From Amoebophrya sp. A120 (Eukaryota > Protista > Dinoflagellata), in the NCBI GenBank assembly GCA_905178155.1, contig CAJINV010000001.1, positions 6,419,860 through 6,483,859 on the forward strand: a stretch of 64,000 bases of DNA, written 5' to 3'. Positions within the stretch are counted from its first letter, which is position 1. Every line of letters begins with the position of its first letter. A model generated the notes under the pieces. The model had not been told where the DNA came from and made no database searches. It was given only the letters and a program-made list of their open reading frames with translations. Position numbers and translations under genes: made by a program. This document shows, piece by piece, positions 43,701 to 54,190 of the stretch.

Positions 43701-46700
43701 GACCAGGTCAATCTGCAGGAGGATGATTTGAAGCGGCTGCGGAGTCTGATCACATCCAACGTGTCGGCGTTGAAGTTTGACGACTTGAGCGAGCAGGCGA
43801 AGACGAAACGGGACCCCGCGGCGATGGAACAACTGACTCCGATCTCGCGGAAGGAAACCAGAAACAAAATCATCCAGTTGTTCCGCGCAATGAAGACGTT
43901 GAAAAACTTCTACGGTAGTTTGAAGTCTTTGACTTTGGGATGGACAAGGCCGATCCGAAATCGTACGAGTTGAAGTACAACGGAAACTGGATCATCCCGC
44001 GGGACTACACCAAAACGCAGCAAGAAGTTGCGGACGAAAAGTTTCTGCTGAACGAGTTGCCGAAGCTGATGACCCAGATCCACATGTTCACCGCCAACCG
44101 CTGCTCCGCGTTGACCCTCGCCGTGTGTCTGGCGGACAAGGATTTCGACGAAACGCCCAGCCTCGCGAAGTTCATGTACGTCTGCGACCGCGAGGAGAAC
44201 AGCTACTACGTCGAGAAGCTGACCGGTGCGGAACCGAAAGACGCGAAGGACCGGATCCAGAAAGCCGTGGACCAGGACCTGCTCTTGTTGCCGCTGTACG
44301 CGAAGCATGACTGCTACGCTTTGGACGAAACCGTGGATGTGCGATCCAACTGGGGGTCGAAGCCCGGTAAGAAGACTTCCAACAAAAAGGGAAAGAAGGA
44401 CGCGGAAGCGGAGGTGAAAGTGCAGGTACTACTCCTAACTTAGTTGTTTTCTTTTCAGTTCGAATCTGACGGAACATATTTAGTTTTTCACTTTTTTGCT
44501 CGCATAGCAAAATGCTTCTTGATTTGAAAATGAAAATGAGTTCACGTGTGCGCGCGCGCACGTGCGCGTGCGTGCACGTGGGTGCGCGTGCACATGCGTG
44601 CGTGCGTACACGTGCGCGCGCGCCCACCTGCGTGCGTGCGTACACACGCATGCATGCGCGCGCGCGCCCACGTGCGCGTGCATGTGTGCGCGCGCACGTG
44701 TGCACACGCGCGTACATGCGTGCGCGCGCACACATGCACACGTGCGTGTGCACGCGCGCCCGTGCGTGCACGCGCGCGTGCGTGTGCGCGCCCGTGTATG
44801 CGCGCGCACGTGCGCATGCGCGTGTTGGTGTTCGTTTTCATTTTCAAGTCACAAAGAACTGCGCTATGCGAAAAAGAAAAAGTGAAAACCAGAATTGTTC
44901 TGCTTTTGTCTGACTCGTTAATAGTTTTTTAGTTTTAGTTTTACTTTTACACACATTTTTATTTGCAAACTTGTGATGCAAAAAAACAGAACTGAACTTA
45001 CGACGTTGCCATGTGACTACGCATGACAAACATCGAAAAAAAAACCAGGTCAAAGAAGGCCAGGGTGCCGAAGAGGAGGAAACCGAGGATCAGAAAAAGT
45101 CCCGCGAAAAACGTGAGAACGTGCTGAAGAGCGATCCGAAGAAGGCCAGCCAGGAGTTCTTGAAGCAGAAGCCCTTCCGATCCCCGCTGTGGTGCTCCGC
45201 CGTGCCCAGTGAGTTCGCGTCGCAGACGGAGGGGGAGATGCAGAGGAACGCCGAACGTGTCCCCCGCCTGCGTATCCTCGTGAAACCCGACGCAAACATG
45301 TACAAACCCCCGACCAACGACGGAGAGGAGTTTCAGCTGGACACGCTGTTTTACTATCCCCAGAAGAAGAAGCTCGGCGGTGACTGGGACTTTCAGGACG
45401 ACCTCACCCACACGTTGTCGCTCTCGTAAGATTTGACTTTTTGAAAAAAATTGACATTGACTTTTTTCACAGCATCACAAACGCATAAAAAGCACAAACA
45501 GATCTGAAATGGCACCGCGTGACAGATGCAACATGACACCAACACTCTTTTCAATCCATTTCGATGCGAGCACTATTAGCATCTTCATTGCCGCTCCACC
45601 GCATGACAAACGAGAATCACAAACAATGCATCACAGCAGGCGCGTGAACTATTTTTGGAAACCGGCCGACAACAATAAAGTCGACCGGTTGACCATGATC
45701 TCGTGGAAGACCTGCGAAGTCCCCTTCTGGGGAAAGGATGGGAAGAAGACGTCGATTAAGTTTCAAGTCCCGGTGGAGGCGTCGGTGAAAAGCAGTGGAA
45801 ACCCAAAGAAGGCGAAGCAGAGCAACATCTTGTGCTGAACCCCAAGAGACTACGGGTATGGAGTCGGAGACGGACGGATACGAAAATCAAAATTAATAAA
45901 CAGGTAAGCGCGCCTACTCATACACCTACCTCTACTTTAGATTTAGTTTAAGTCTTTGGCTTCTTGTTCTTTTAGTTTTAGAAACCACGCGAAGCTTTGA
46001 AACATCTTGCGCGCGACTTCTCGTCGCGTTCAAAAATTTTTGGTTTTGTAGCGGCTTCTTTTCGGTCGTGAAGTAGACACTTAGACTCAAGCCCCGTTGT
46101 TAGTCAAATCCCAATCCCAAAAGCAGCACCTACTCCCACTGACTCCCAGTCCCACACCATCACAAATTGAAAAAAATACGCAGGTAGTCGCAACAGCACT
46201 ACGGCCATGAAGGTACACAGCAACGGTCTTGCTCTTCGTGGTTTCAAGACTCTTCTTCTCGACATGAGCATCAAGAAAAGCTACCACAAAAACGAACTGC
46301 TCTTCCACGACGAATGCAAGTGATCGACTATTTTTCCTACCTGCTGCGGCTGCGCGGTGTTGGTCAAGTTCTTCTTTTTGGAAGCAAAGGCGCGGAGGGG
46401 CGATGGCGGTTGATCGGTGGGAAATGCCACGCAACCTAGGAGGAGAAGTTTCCAACTTTCACAAAGCTGCAGCCTACCGGTTTACTTTCGATCTAGATCT
46501 AGAAGCAAAAAAAAACATGAAGTTCTTTTGTCTTGCACAGTGACAATTCAGATTGCGTTTCGATTTTTTACGTTCGCGTTAGATTTCAGTTTAAAGCTTG
46601 AATCTCAGGAAGCAAAGCCTTCAAAGTAAAAACTACTTACGACTGGTCGAGCCCCAGATCGCCGACCTAGATTGTGACTTACGTTTACGCTTACCGCTAC

Positions 46701-49700
46701 TGTCAGTGTAGCTCGACTTCATCATTAGTTTTAACTTTTAAGTTTGTGTCTGTCACCGACTCAGTAATAGTCTTCAGCTACAGTTTAAATTTCAAAATCT
46801 AAATCATCATCCTCATCAACAAACAGCTTGTTTGTCAGCAGCGGCATGCTTGGCCTTTTGGTCAAAGCGTGGCCGTGTGCTTTTTCGCTTTATTGAAAAA
46901 ACAAAAAACAAAGCTACAACCTAATCTTCGTTTCCACCTCCGGGTGTAGTCATGCGACGGCTGCTACTTGCCAATCATCAGGCCCTCGGGTCGTACTAGT
47001 ACAAGTACTAGATCTAGAACTAATTCTAAGACAGGCAAAACCAAAATTAAAATTTTCAGGAAGGCGCTAATTTTACCCCAAGCGGAAGAGGAAAGGTTGA
47101 ACAAAATCAAAAAGCGAGCGCGAGAAAGAAATCCGCTGCACCTCTTCCAGTATCTTCCACTACTAGAACTAGGAGTTTCGAACTCGATGCAACTTGTCGA
47201 CTTTCGCTTTCATTCTTTGCGACGGCAAGATTGAAGTAGAGGCGCATCTTCACCAATTGCGATGCGGATGCTTTTTTCTTCGACGAGGTGGAGGCTCGAA
47301 GATTTTGACTATGAGACTCTCCTTCTCAACCTTTAAATTTTGAATGTCGACCTGTACCTGTAGACTCTCGAAACCGAAAAAACAAGAGCCAAAAAATGGG
47401 CCGCGTTCTCACGATGCAATGAGAACGACGCGAAGATGTTCGCGCTCGTGATCGCCTGGCAGTTTCTGAAAAAAGCTGAAACTTAGAGGGAGATGGATGG
47501 ATGAAGAATGTGAAATCGCAAAGGAGATCAGACCGTGTCTAGATCCAAAAAAAAGAAAGCCGAAGTTCCGCCAAAGACTGGAAGTTGATCGCCTGGATCC
47601 AAAGCAGGCGACCGCTCAGCTCCGAGGGGTCTAGAAGATCAAGCGAAAAAAAAAAAACGTGGATCGCCTGCTTCCACCTACAAGCTTGGAGTTTTTGGAT
47701 CTCCTTGCACTGTGCGTTTTGAATTTTTCCTCATAGTTTTTTCTTTTTCATTTCAAACTGTCAGGGACCAATGTACTTCTACTTGTGCCTGTAGGTCGTT
47801 ATCGCTTTCGTCTGAGTTTACTCTAGCTTCTCGCTTCCCTCCACAGCAAAGAAAGTAGTTGCCCTTCCGTCTGAGTTTACTTTTTTTCTTTTCCCTCGAA
47901 CCTGATCTCGGGTAGCGTAACTTCGATTCCGATCTCTACGTTTACTTTCTTTTTTTGCAAAAGCAAAAAAACAACATCAAAATGTCGGACCAGAAAGCGA
48001 AGCTGGTGAAGCTGGGCCCGAAGTGTGCCGTCGATGATGACGAGGATGGTCCGCCGCCGGGAGGGGTGCGATTTAGAACCATACACGGGGCAACACGGGC
48101 GGAAGTGGAAGAATTACACAAAGACGAAATCAACAAATGGGTCCCCGCGAAGAACGGACACATGAAGTGCATTATGTTCTTGGATGATGTTGACGAAGAT
48201 GTCCCCGGATGCACCCAGGCGGAGATGTGGGTACTAATGCTGGCGCTTTTGTTTTTTTGTTTTGCATTGAGAGGGATTTTGCGTTTTCGAGTCGAAGTCT
48301 AAATTTCAAACCTAGCAGTGGGATCAAACCGACAAGGAGGAGAACTTCGTGGACAACCTTTTTGGGATGTTACGGGGCCAGACCAAGCGGAGAACCGGGC
48401 CAGAACAAGTGGAAGTGGATGCGTCCGAGATGACGAAACAGGAGCAGCCGGAAATCATCAACCTGATTTTCAACATGGCGGAATCTGATGATAACGCGGC
48501 CTGGGCGAAGGCTTTTTTGGTGGACGAGGCGACCGGTGGTGCTTACGGATCAGCTTCTTCTTCTTCTTCGACTGGTTCCGGAATTACTCCTGGTGGAGCT
48601 TCTTCTTCTTCGCGCCCGAACAACGAACAGATGGAAGAAAAGACGAACGACGACGATGCGAGCGAGGAGATGGAGGTGGAGGCGGAGAGCACCCCGACCA
48701 CCAAGGCCGGGAAAAAGAAGAAGAAGCAAAAGACCAAGAAGTAGACATCTTTCACCTGTTCAGCGCGTCGAGCTCGAACGGAAAAGCGTCGGAATCGGCA
48801 CAACAAGTGCTTCTTCTACATCTTCAGCTTCTAACTCTACTGCTAAAACAAGAAGCTCAGACTTTTGATGACGCGAATGGCAACGAGAAACAAGCACAAG
48901 TAGATGAAAAAAAAACGACAACGAAATGCAGCCGGAGCTGTGAAATTTTTTATGGGTGTGTTCGGCGCTCCCTTCGGTGTCTTTCTCCTTCGTTGATGGG
49001 TGTCATTGGTCTGACGATGGTTCATCGCGTCCTACGACATTGCCCCGACCACTCTGACCTTCCACTGAAGCCGGCGCAAAAATGGAATGCAACAGTCGTC
49101 AGGACCGACGTCGTTATATAAATTCAGGGGCGTGGGCATCCTTCTAAACACCCACTTTTCGCATGCCAAAGCTCAACATCAAGATCAAAATCGTATTGAG
49201 AAAAAGTGGCAAATCGGTTCAAAAAAAATAGAAGTGAAGACGTTCACGAACAAAGATAATCATGCCAATTTTCATAGTTATAAAAATTGATAGTATTTCA
49301 AAGGGTAGTGGTTCACTTATAAAATGAGGAAAGCTGAAGGTTTGTCCCACCATACAATTTGACCTATTCCAGTAGGACATTCGTACAAATTTAAATTATG
49401 TGTGTGTGTGTGTGTGTGTGTGTGGTCGTCGATGCGCATATTCCAATAACCGCCAGCGTGCTGTATAATGTTATGCTCGACGCTAGTACGGAGGATCGAT
49501 GCTTAAACCAAAATTTCACTGGCTGCGCCCATCACGCACGACTGCACTTTTCAAAGCACCACTGGACTCATCTTCCTCACAAGGTATTGGACGGAACTTC
49601 GCGCATTGTTTGCGAATGAACATCGGCGAGGTGGAGATGCGACCGCACACCGATCCGGACACCGGTTTGCTGAATCCGCAGTGGCGGGAACTGGGCCATT

Positions 49701-52013
49701 TCGAGATGCACGCTTTGTCCCCCCTTCCGAAAAACGTCGACGACGAGCTGTATCTGATCTACCAGTTGGCGGGTACCCCCGTGGTCGACTACCTCCGCCA
49801 GCAAACGTACCAGAGCAATAGCAGCGGGCTCGGGTTGGTGCGCGAGCCGGAGATCTATGCATTGGAAATTTTCCGTATGTGTACAAAATGCATGACAAAT
49901 TTCCCTAACATGGAGTGTCCAACTTGTCATGCTGAGGACCAAGATTGAAGAGAAGGAAAGTTTTGTCATACATAGCATTTGTACGTCGTGTACGGGAAAT
50001 TTACTGTGGATAAGACCATCCCGATGATGCTGCAACAGCTGGTCTTCGCGGTATCGTTCCTTCGCGAGGAGGTAAAAGCGGTGCATCATGACTTGAAAGC
50101 CGAAAACGTTCTGTGGGACGATATGCATTGCAAAAGCATCGCACTAGTTTGATTTGCATGACAAACCTTTGGGAGAACGAAAACGGAATTTCTCATGCAG
50201 ATTCAATTAAGAGCCTGGTGATCTGTCATGCAAGATTGCGAGTACTACAAGTGCAATACTTTTGCCCAGGATAGAAAAGACCGAGAAGCGAATCGTCCTG
50301 ATCGACTTCGGCTCCATGTCCGCACTTCTGTCCGAGGACGAAGTCCGCGAACACCAGCAAGCCTGCTCGATCCGCATGGTGCCGCGCACCGCGGAGGACG
50401 ACGCGTTGGACGAGGATTTGATGAACGCCGGGGGCTTTGGCGACGGGGGGATCATGTCCAGTTGCGATTGCTGCACATCAACCAGCGGAGTTGGTGGTGC
50501 TTCTTCTAAACGCGAAGGACAGCATGGATTTCGCAACATGGAGATGGACCTCGACGAGGTGCGGTCCATCAGCTACCAGCAACAGCAAGAACAGTCCTCC
50601 CTCTTCTGCTGCCCCACGACCGGCAGCTCTTGCTGCGGCCCCTCGGCGAAAGATAGGTTTATCATCGATGGGCAGGATGTGGGGAGAACACACAAGTCGG
50701 CCATGGTTGTGAGGGACCACGGACGGCGGCTCGATCGAACCGACGGCGACAGAAAACGGCAAATTATCCGTGGCCTCGGGCACACCCCGCACTCGATTCA
50801 GCAGTGGACCCCCGGATTCGCGCCGATAGAAAAGGAGGAAGGAACCAGTTTGCAGGCGATGCAGACCGCGAGCTCCGTGGACATTTTCGCGTTGGCGACA
50901 CTGATGGGGCAAATTTTACTGGACGGAACGAACCTGATCATGGCACACTACATGCAATTCGACGGGTTGACCAGGAGCGCGACGGCAAGGTTAGCTGCTG
51001 GCGGGGAGAACGCGCCTGCCCGATCCTCTACCTCCGCGTCTACTTTTTCCGGCGCGCGGGTGACGCCACAGGGTCAGCCGGTACAACGGGGCCAGCCACG
51101 CGAACTTATCATTCAGGACCAACAGCAGCAGCCGGAGGTGCAAGTCATCAACTTGACACCCTGCTGCCCGAAAGACAGCCAAGGATTTTGCAGTCCATTG
51201 TGCTGCATGACGCCAACCATGACGATCGACTGCACGGAGTGCTGTGGAATGTCTGCAGAGAAGCAGCTCGAGCTGTACGGAAACGGCAACAAACCGGTGG
51301 GGTCGCGGTTCCTGGCGGACGGACACAAGACCAAAAAACCGTACAAAATCTTCTGGGCCGAACTGTTCGAAGATATCGCGGACTCGGATATAGGTCTCAA
51401 GAAGCTGTACATCACGCCGCGCGTGAAGACTCGACAGGGCGCCGGTCCGCACATCCCGCCGGGAAAAAGCAACGCCGTACTGCAGGCATTGGTGGGGACG
51501 CTGCCGTCACAGTGGACGGATGCCTTCTTCATCTTTTGGCCGCGGTTGTTTTTGAGTCACGAAACGCGCGTGAACGCGTTCACGATCATGGCGATGTCGG
51601 TCTTCCAGGAGATCGATCCAAATACCGGACGCTGGCGAGCAGTAGCACAGGGCGCCGCGGGAAGTTCTTCAACACCCGCCGGTGGTGCTGCTGCTGGGCA
51701 GTTGTTCACAAAAGTTGTTGGGGACCGACGCAGCGGCCCCATGGGCGGTGCAAGTGGACCTGTGCAGCAGGGTTTTCTCGGCGCAGCGGCCGCGGCTGGT
51801 GGAATGAACAGTCGTGGCGCTGTTCAGGTACAAGAAATCGATCCGCGGGACCCGAACCGCGGGGCGAAGTACCAGCAATTTATCATGACCATGGAAAACG
51901 ATCCCAATGGTCCCGTAGGAAACTGCAACTGGCTAACGCGCTTGCTCTACAGCTGTTGTTACTCAACCGAAGCAACAGGAAACACGCAGGTGCAGTGGCA
52001 ACAGAATCAGTGA
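31799..52013 (+). CDS. Protein kinase with signal-peptide-like N-terminus, split by a 16.7-kb transposon-containing intron; exons ~31799-31912, 32079-32916, 49584-49852, 50015-50121, 50279-52013
   Basis: N-lobe LGRGTSAVV, VAVK and alphaC E at ~32690-32880; C-lobe HHDLKAEN, IDFG, TPGFAPIE, VDIFALA after 49584; GT(32917)-AG(49583) phase-1 join reads RLYKG-IGRNF. Confidence 0.8.
31913..32073. mobile_element. IR introner in kinase gene; TSD CGAAA; ends related to 12707-12916
   Basis: TATCACAGGAAAAAGTGTTAACGTTTGCGG vs right revcomp TATCACAAGAAAAAATGTCAACGTTTACGG; CGAAA at 31908-31912 and 32074-32078; removal gives SAATK-MIP. Confidence 0.92.
33304..33392 (+). repeat. Left TIR of giant hAT element
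   Basis: TATGGTGGGACAAACCTTCACCCTTTCCTCATTTTATAAGTGAACCACTACCCTTTG... matches revcomp of 49267-49354 with few differences. Confidence 0.95.
34630..40462 (+). CDS. hAT-like DDE transposase, ~1,835 aa; exons 34630-36310 and 36636-40462
   Basis: Ordered motifs CSPDAT (D1), VTSDSGSDVKKG (D2), CQLHLAH (CxxH), VRTRWLS (TRW.S), ASSQIAESLSS (catalytic E region); phase-1 GT-AG intron 36311-36635 fuses the 580-aa and 1339-aa ORFs. Confidence 0.8.
39805..40082 (+). repeat. GC-rich, largely purine/pyrimidine-alternating repeat read in frame as an AGAQ/AHVH tract of the transposase
   Basis: GCGCGAGTGCGCGCGCGGGCGCACAGGTGGGCGCG... with no stop or frameshift. Confidence 0.85.
41667..45838 (+). CDS. Multi-exon cargo gene of the giant element with ParB/Srx-like N-terminus; apparent frameshift near 43915 (possible pseudogene)
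   Basis: Exons ~41667-41946, 42209-42363, 42639-42713, 42940-~43092, ~43312-43407, 43587-44425, 45049-45425, 45640-45838; IPLTEVHV...QNR...LKHAM...AFLHGGHTILAL pattern recalls the ParB-N core. Confidence 0.55.
44460..44918. repeat. Foldback element in cargo-gene intron: imperfect ~80-bp IRs around a ~280-bp alternating (GC/GT/AC) tract
   Basis: TTTTCACTTTTTTGCTCGCATAGC...TTGAAAATGAAAA vs TTTTCATTTTCAAG...GCTATGCGAAAAAGAAAAAGTGAAAA; core 44543-44824 is CGTGTGCGCGCGCGCACGTG... Confidence 0.8.
47982..48744 (+). CDS. Small acidic cargo protein with C-terminal poly-Lys (NLS-like) tail; exons 47982-48230 and 48316-48744
   Basis: Phase-0 GT-AG intron 48231-48315 joins QAEMW-QWDQTDKEENFVDNL; ends GKKKKKQKTKK*. 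Confidence 0.65.
49267..49354 (-). repeat. Right TIR of giant hAT element
   Basis: ...CAAAGGGTAGTGGTTCACTTATAAAATGAGGAAAGCTGAAGGTTTGTCCCACCATA followed by TSD CAATTTGA. Confidence 0.95.
49399..49424. repeat. (TG)n microsatellite
   Basis: Uninterrupted TG dinucleotide run in the kinase intron. Confidence 0.9.
49856..50012. mobile_element. IR introner in kinase gene; degenerate TSD AGATC/AGACC
   Basis: TATGCATTGGAAATTTTCCGTA vs right revcomp TATCCACAGTAAATTTCCCGTA; removal joins VREPE-(T/I)IPMMLQQ. Confidence 0.8.
50122..50273. mobile_element. IR introner between kinase HxDLKxxN and DFG motifs; degenerate TSD
   Basis: TATGCATTGCAAAAGCATCGCACT vs right revcomp TATCCTGGGCAAAAGTATTGCACT; removal joins ENVLW to TEKRIVLIDFG. 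Confidence 0.78.
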
Positions 52014-53078
52014 AGGTGGGGAAAGAGATACCGATACCATCTGAGAGGTGGAGGTGGTGGGCGGCTAGGATGGAATAAAGACCAAGCTACAGCTAGCTCC
52101 TCCTACTTAATGAATATGTATTTCAACGACCAATTTTTGTATTCATGTTCTTACTTGTTTTGGTCTACCAAATAAATGTTGAAGAAGTCTGGTTTATTTT
52201 CAGTCTGCAATCTGAATCAGTTGTTTCTCTTTCTGACGTTCACGTTGCGTCTGGTGACTTGTTTTTCACGACCTGGCGACGTTTCTCTTGAGAAAATATA
52301 TGCACCGTGCGCAGTGCATGTGCAGTGTCAATGAGAGCGGAGCGCGCAGAAATTTTCCTAATGATTAGTGTGTGTTTTTACACTCGCCAAACTTCCTACT
52401 TGCTATAGTCTTTTCTTTTTGCGAAAACTCAAACCTATGCCGGTGAACGAGAATAAAGTTGTCTGTGTTGAAGTTGTCTAGAGGTAAAAAGAAGAAATTG
52501 AAATTGGCCTAGTTGACGAGGTCCCCTACCGCACATGAACAAAGTAGTTTCGGCTTTTCGGTCAAAAATAAATTGCCGCAGATTGGTGCTACTCCGATGC
52601 ACATGCAGCCTTGTGTCTCCCTGCTCTCCACAAGGCGTCATTGGAATTCGGTAGTTTTTGTCGGGCGGCCTCTCATCTAACTACGAACCGACTAGCAGGA
52701 AAGTAAGGATCTTGATCTTGCAGGAGATTATGATGGCGAAAGAAGTAGCTGATAATTGAAACTGCAGCTTCTCGCATGCGTAGGCTTCGAGCGAAACATC
52801 ATCATGAGAGCGAAGGTTATACCTCTGTCTTCATAGCAGACGAGTGAGCATTATGAGCATCTCCTTTACTGCTTATGGATAGATGAGTATGGCACCCATC
52901 AGGTCCTCTATTGGAACGAAGTCGCTGGCCAACGCAGCATTGTGTTGGTTGATGCGGCCGCAATCTCCCGTAACTAGAACAATACCAAGCCACTGAACTA
53001 CCACATTGACATTCTACCTTCAGACACGAGTCGTAAACAGTGATAGGAACGCAAAAAGCACACATACCCTACACCATC

Positions 53079-54190
53079 ATGCTGCTCCAGTCGGGCGCCT
53101 CTAAAGAGGCACTGCGCACGCTGATCGTGGGAGGCCGGGGTGGTATCGGGACGGCGTATGGAAAGTTCTTCAACCCTGCGAACACGGTTGTCACCGCGTC
53201 AACACCGAAAAAAGTCGAGGAGCTGAAGGCCAAAAAGTTTGCCAACGCGCTTCAGTTGGACTTCAACCAAGAAGCACACTTCAAGAACTTGTCAACGGAG
53301 CTGAAAAACATGGATTTCGTTCCCGACCTTGTCATCAACTGCACGGGCGTACTCGGCCTGCCACACACGGACCCAGCGAAAGCGGAAAAAGGCGAGATCG
53401 TTCGGCCAGAATCTTCCGTGAAAAAGATAACGCCCGACATTCTGCAGAGGACGTTTCTCACCAACGTCTTTGCCAACGCATTGTTGCTGCGGGAACTCGC
53501 CTCGGGCATTTGGAGCAAAGCGCCGAAGGACCACCCGCTTCTTTTCGCGTCCTACTCCGCCCGGGTGGGCAGTATTGCGGCAAACGAATTGGGTGGGTGG
53601 TACAGTTACCGGGCCTCTATCAAATGCAAATATGTCTGGGTCTGGAAGAATGCGCGATTTGTCATGCTGCTTTTCCATGACCCATGGCATGGGGTTTGGA
53701 ATGCAGGACCTAGCATGACAGTTTCTGTGCGATCTCTCTCATGCCTATCCTGCATGAGAAAGTCCCTCCCGGCTTGGTCAAAACTGAACGACTTTTGGTA
53801 ATCATGCAACACAGATTTTTGCATGCTGCAGATTTAGCATGAAAAGTTGCAATGTTCCAGACCCAGACATTTTTACATTTGATAGCCTCGAAAGCGGCGC
53901 AAAACCAGTTGATCAAGACATCCAGCTTAGAGTTCAAGCGGTCACACCCGAAAGCGTGCTTGCTTGTCGTGCACCCGGGGACCGTGGAGACGACTTTGAG
54001 CACGCCTTTTGTTGGAAACGCGAAGAAGCAAACGCTCCAGTCAGAGGTCCTGGATGACGTGGAGAAGCTGTCGGGCTACTTTACACCCGACGTCGCCGTG
54101 CAACTGATGTGGAATAATGTTTTGAGCAAGGTCGGGCCGGAAGACACAGGGAAATTTCTCGACTACGCGGGCCAAGAAATTCCGTGGTAG
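53079..54190 (+). CDS. Short-chain dehydrogenase/reductase (C-factor/CsgA-like); exons 53079-53617 and 53890-54190
   Basis: GGRGGIG, INCTG, SARVGSI, GGWYSYRA|SKAA (YxxxK split by introner), VHPGTVET, GKFLDYAGQEIPW. Confidence 0.92.
53618..53884. mobile_element. IR introner inside the SDR catalytic YxxxK motif; TSD GCCTC
   Basis: TATCAAATGCAAATATGTCTGGGTCTGGAA vs right revcomp TATCAAATGTAAAAATGTCTGGGTCTGGAA; GCCTC at 53613-53617 and 53885-53889. Confidence 0.95.

Larger units (their letters stand above)
33304..49354 (+). mobile_element. Giant (16,051 bp) hAT-superfamily DNA transposon with cargo genes
   Basis: ~88-bp TIRs starting TATGGTGGGACAAACCTTCA; perfect 8-bp TSD CAATTTGA at 33296-33303 and 49355-49362; internal hAT-like transposase. 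Confidence 0.93.

Noticed and set aside
44172-44932. ORFs rich in ARAHVC in several frames
   Set aside because: Artefacts of the alternating purine-pyrimidine repeat
46000-47900. Possible further cargo gene in the giant element
   Set aside because: Only short ORFs; no consistent exon chain could be built
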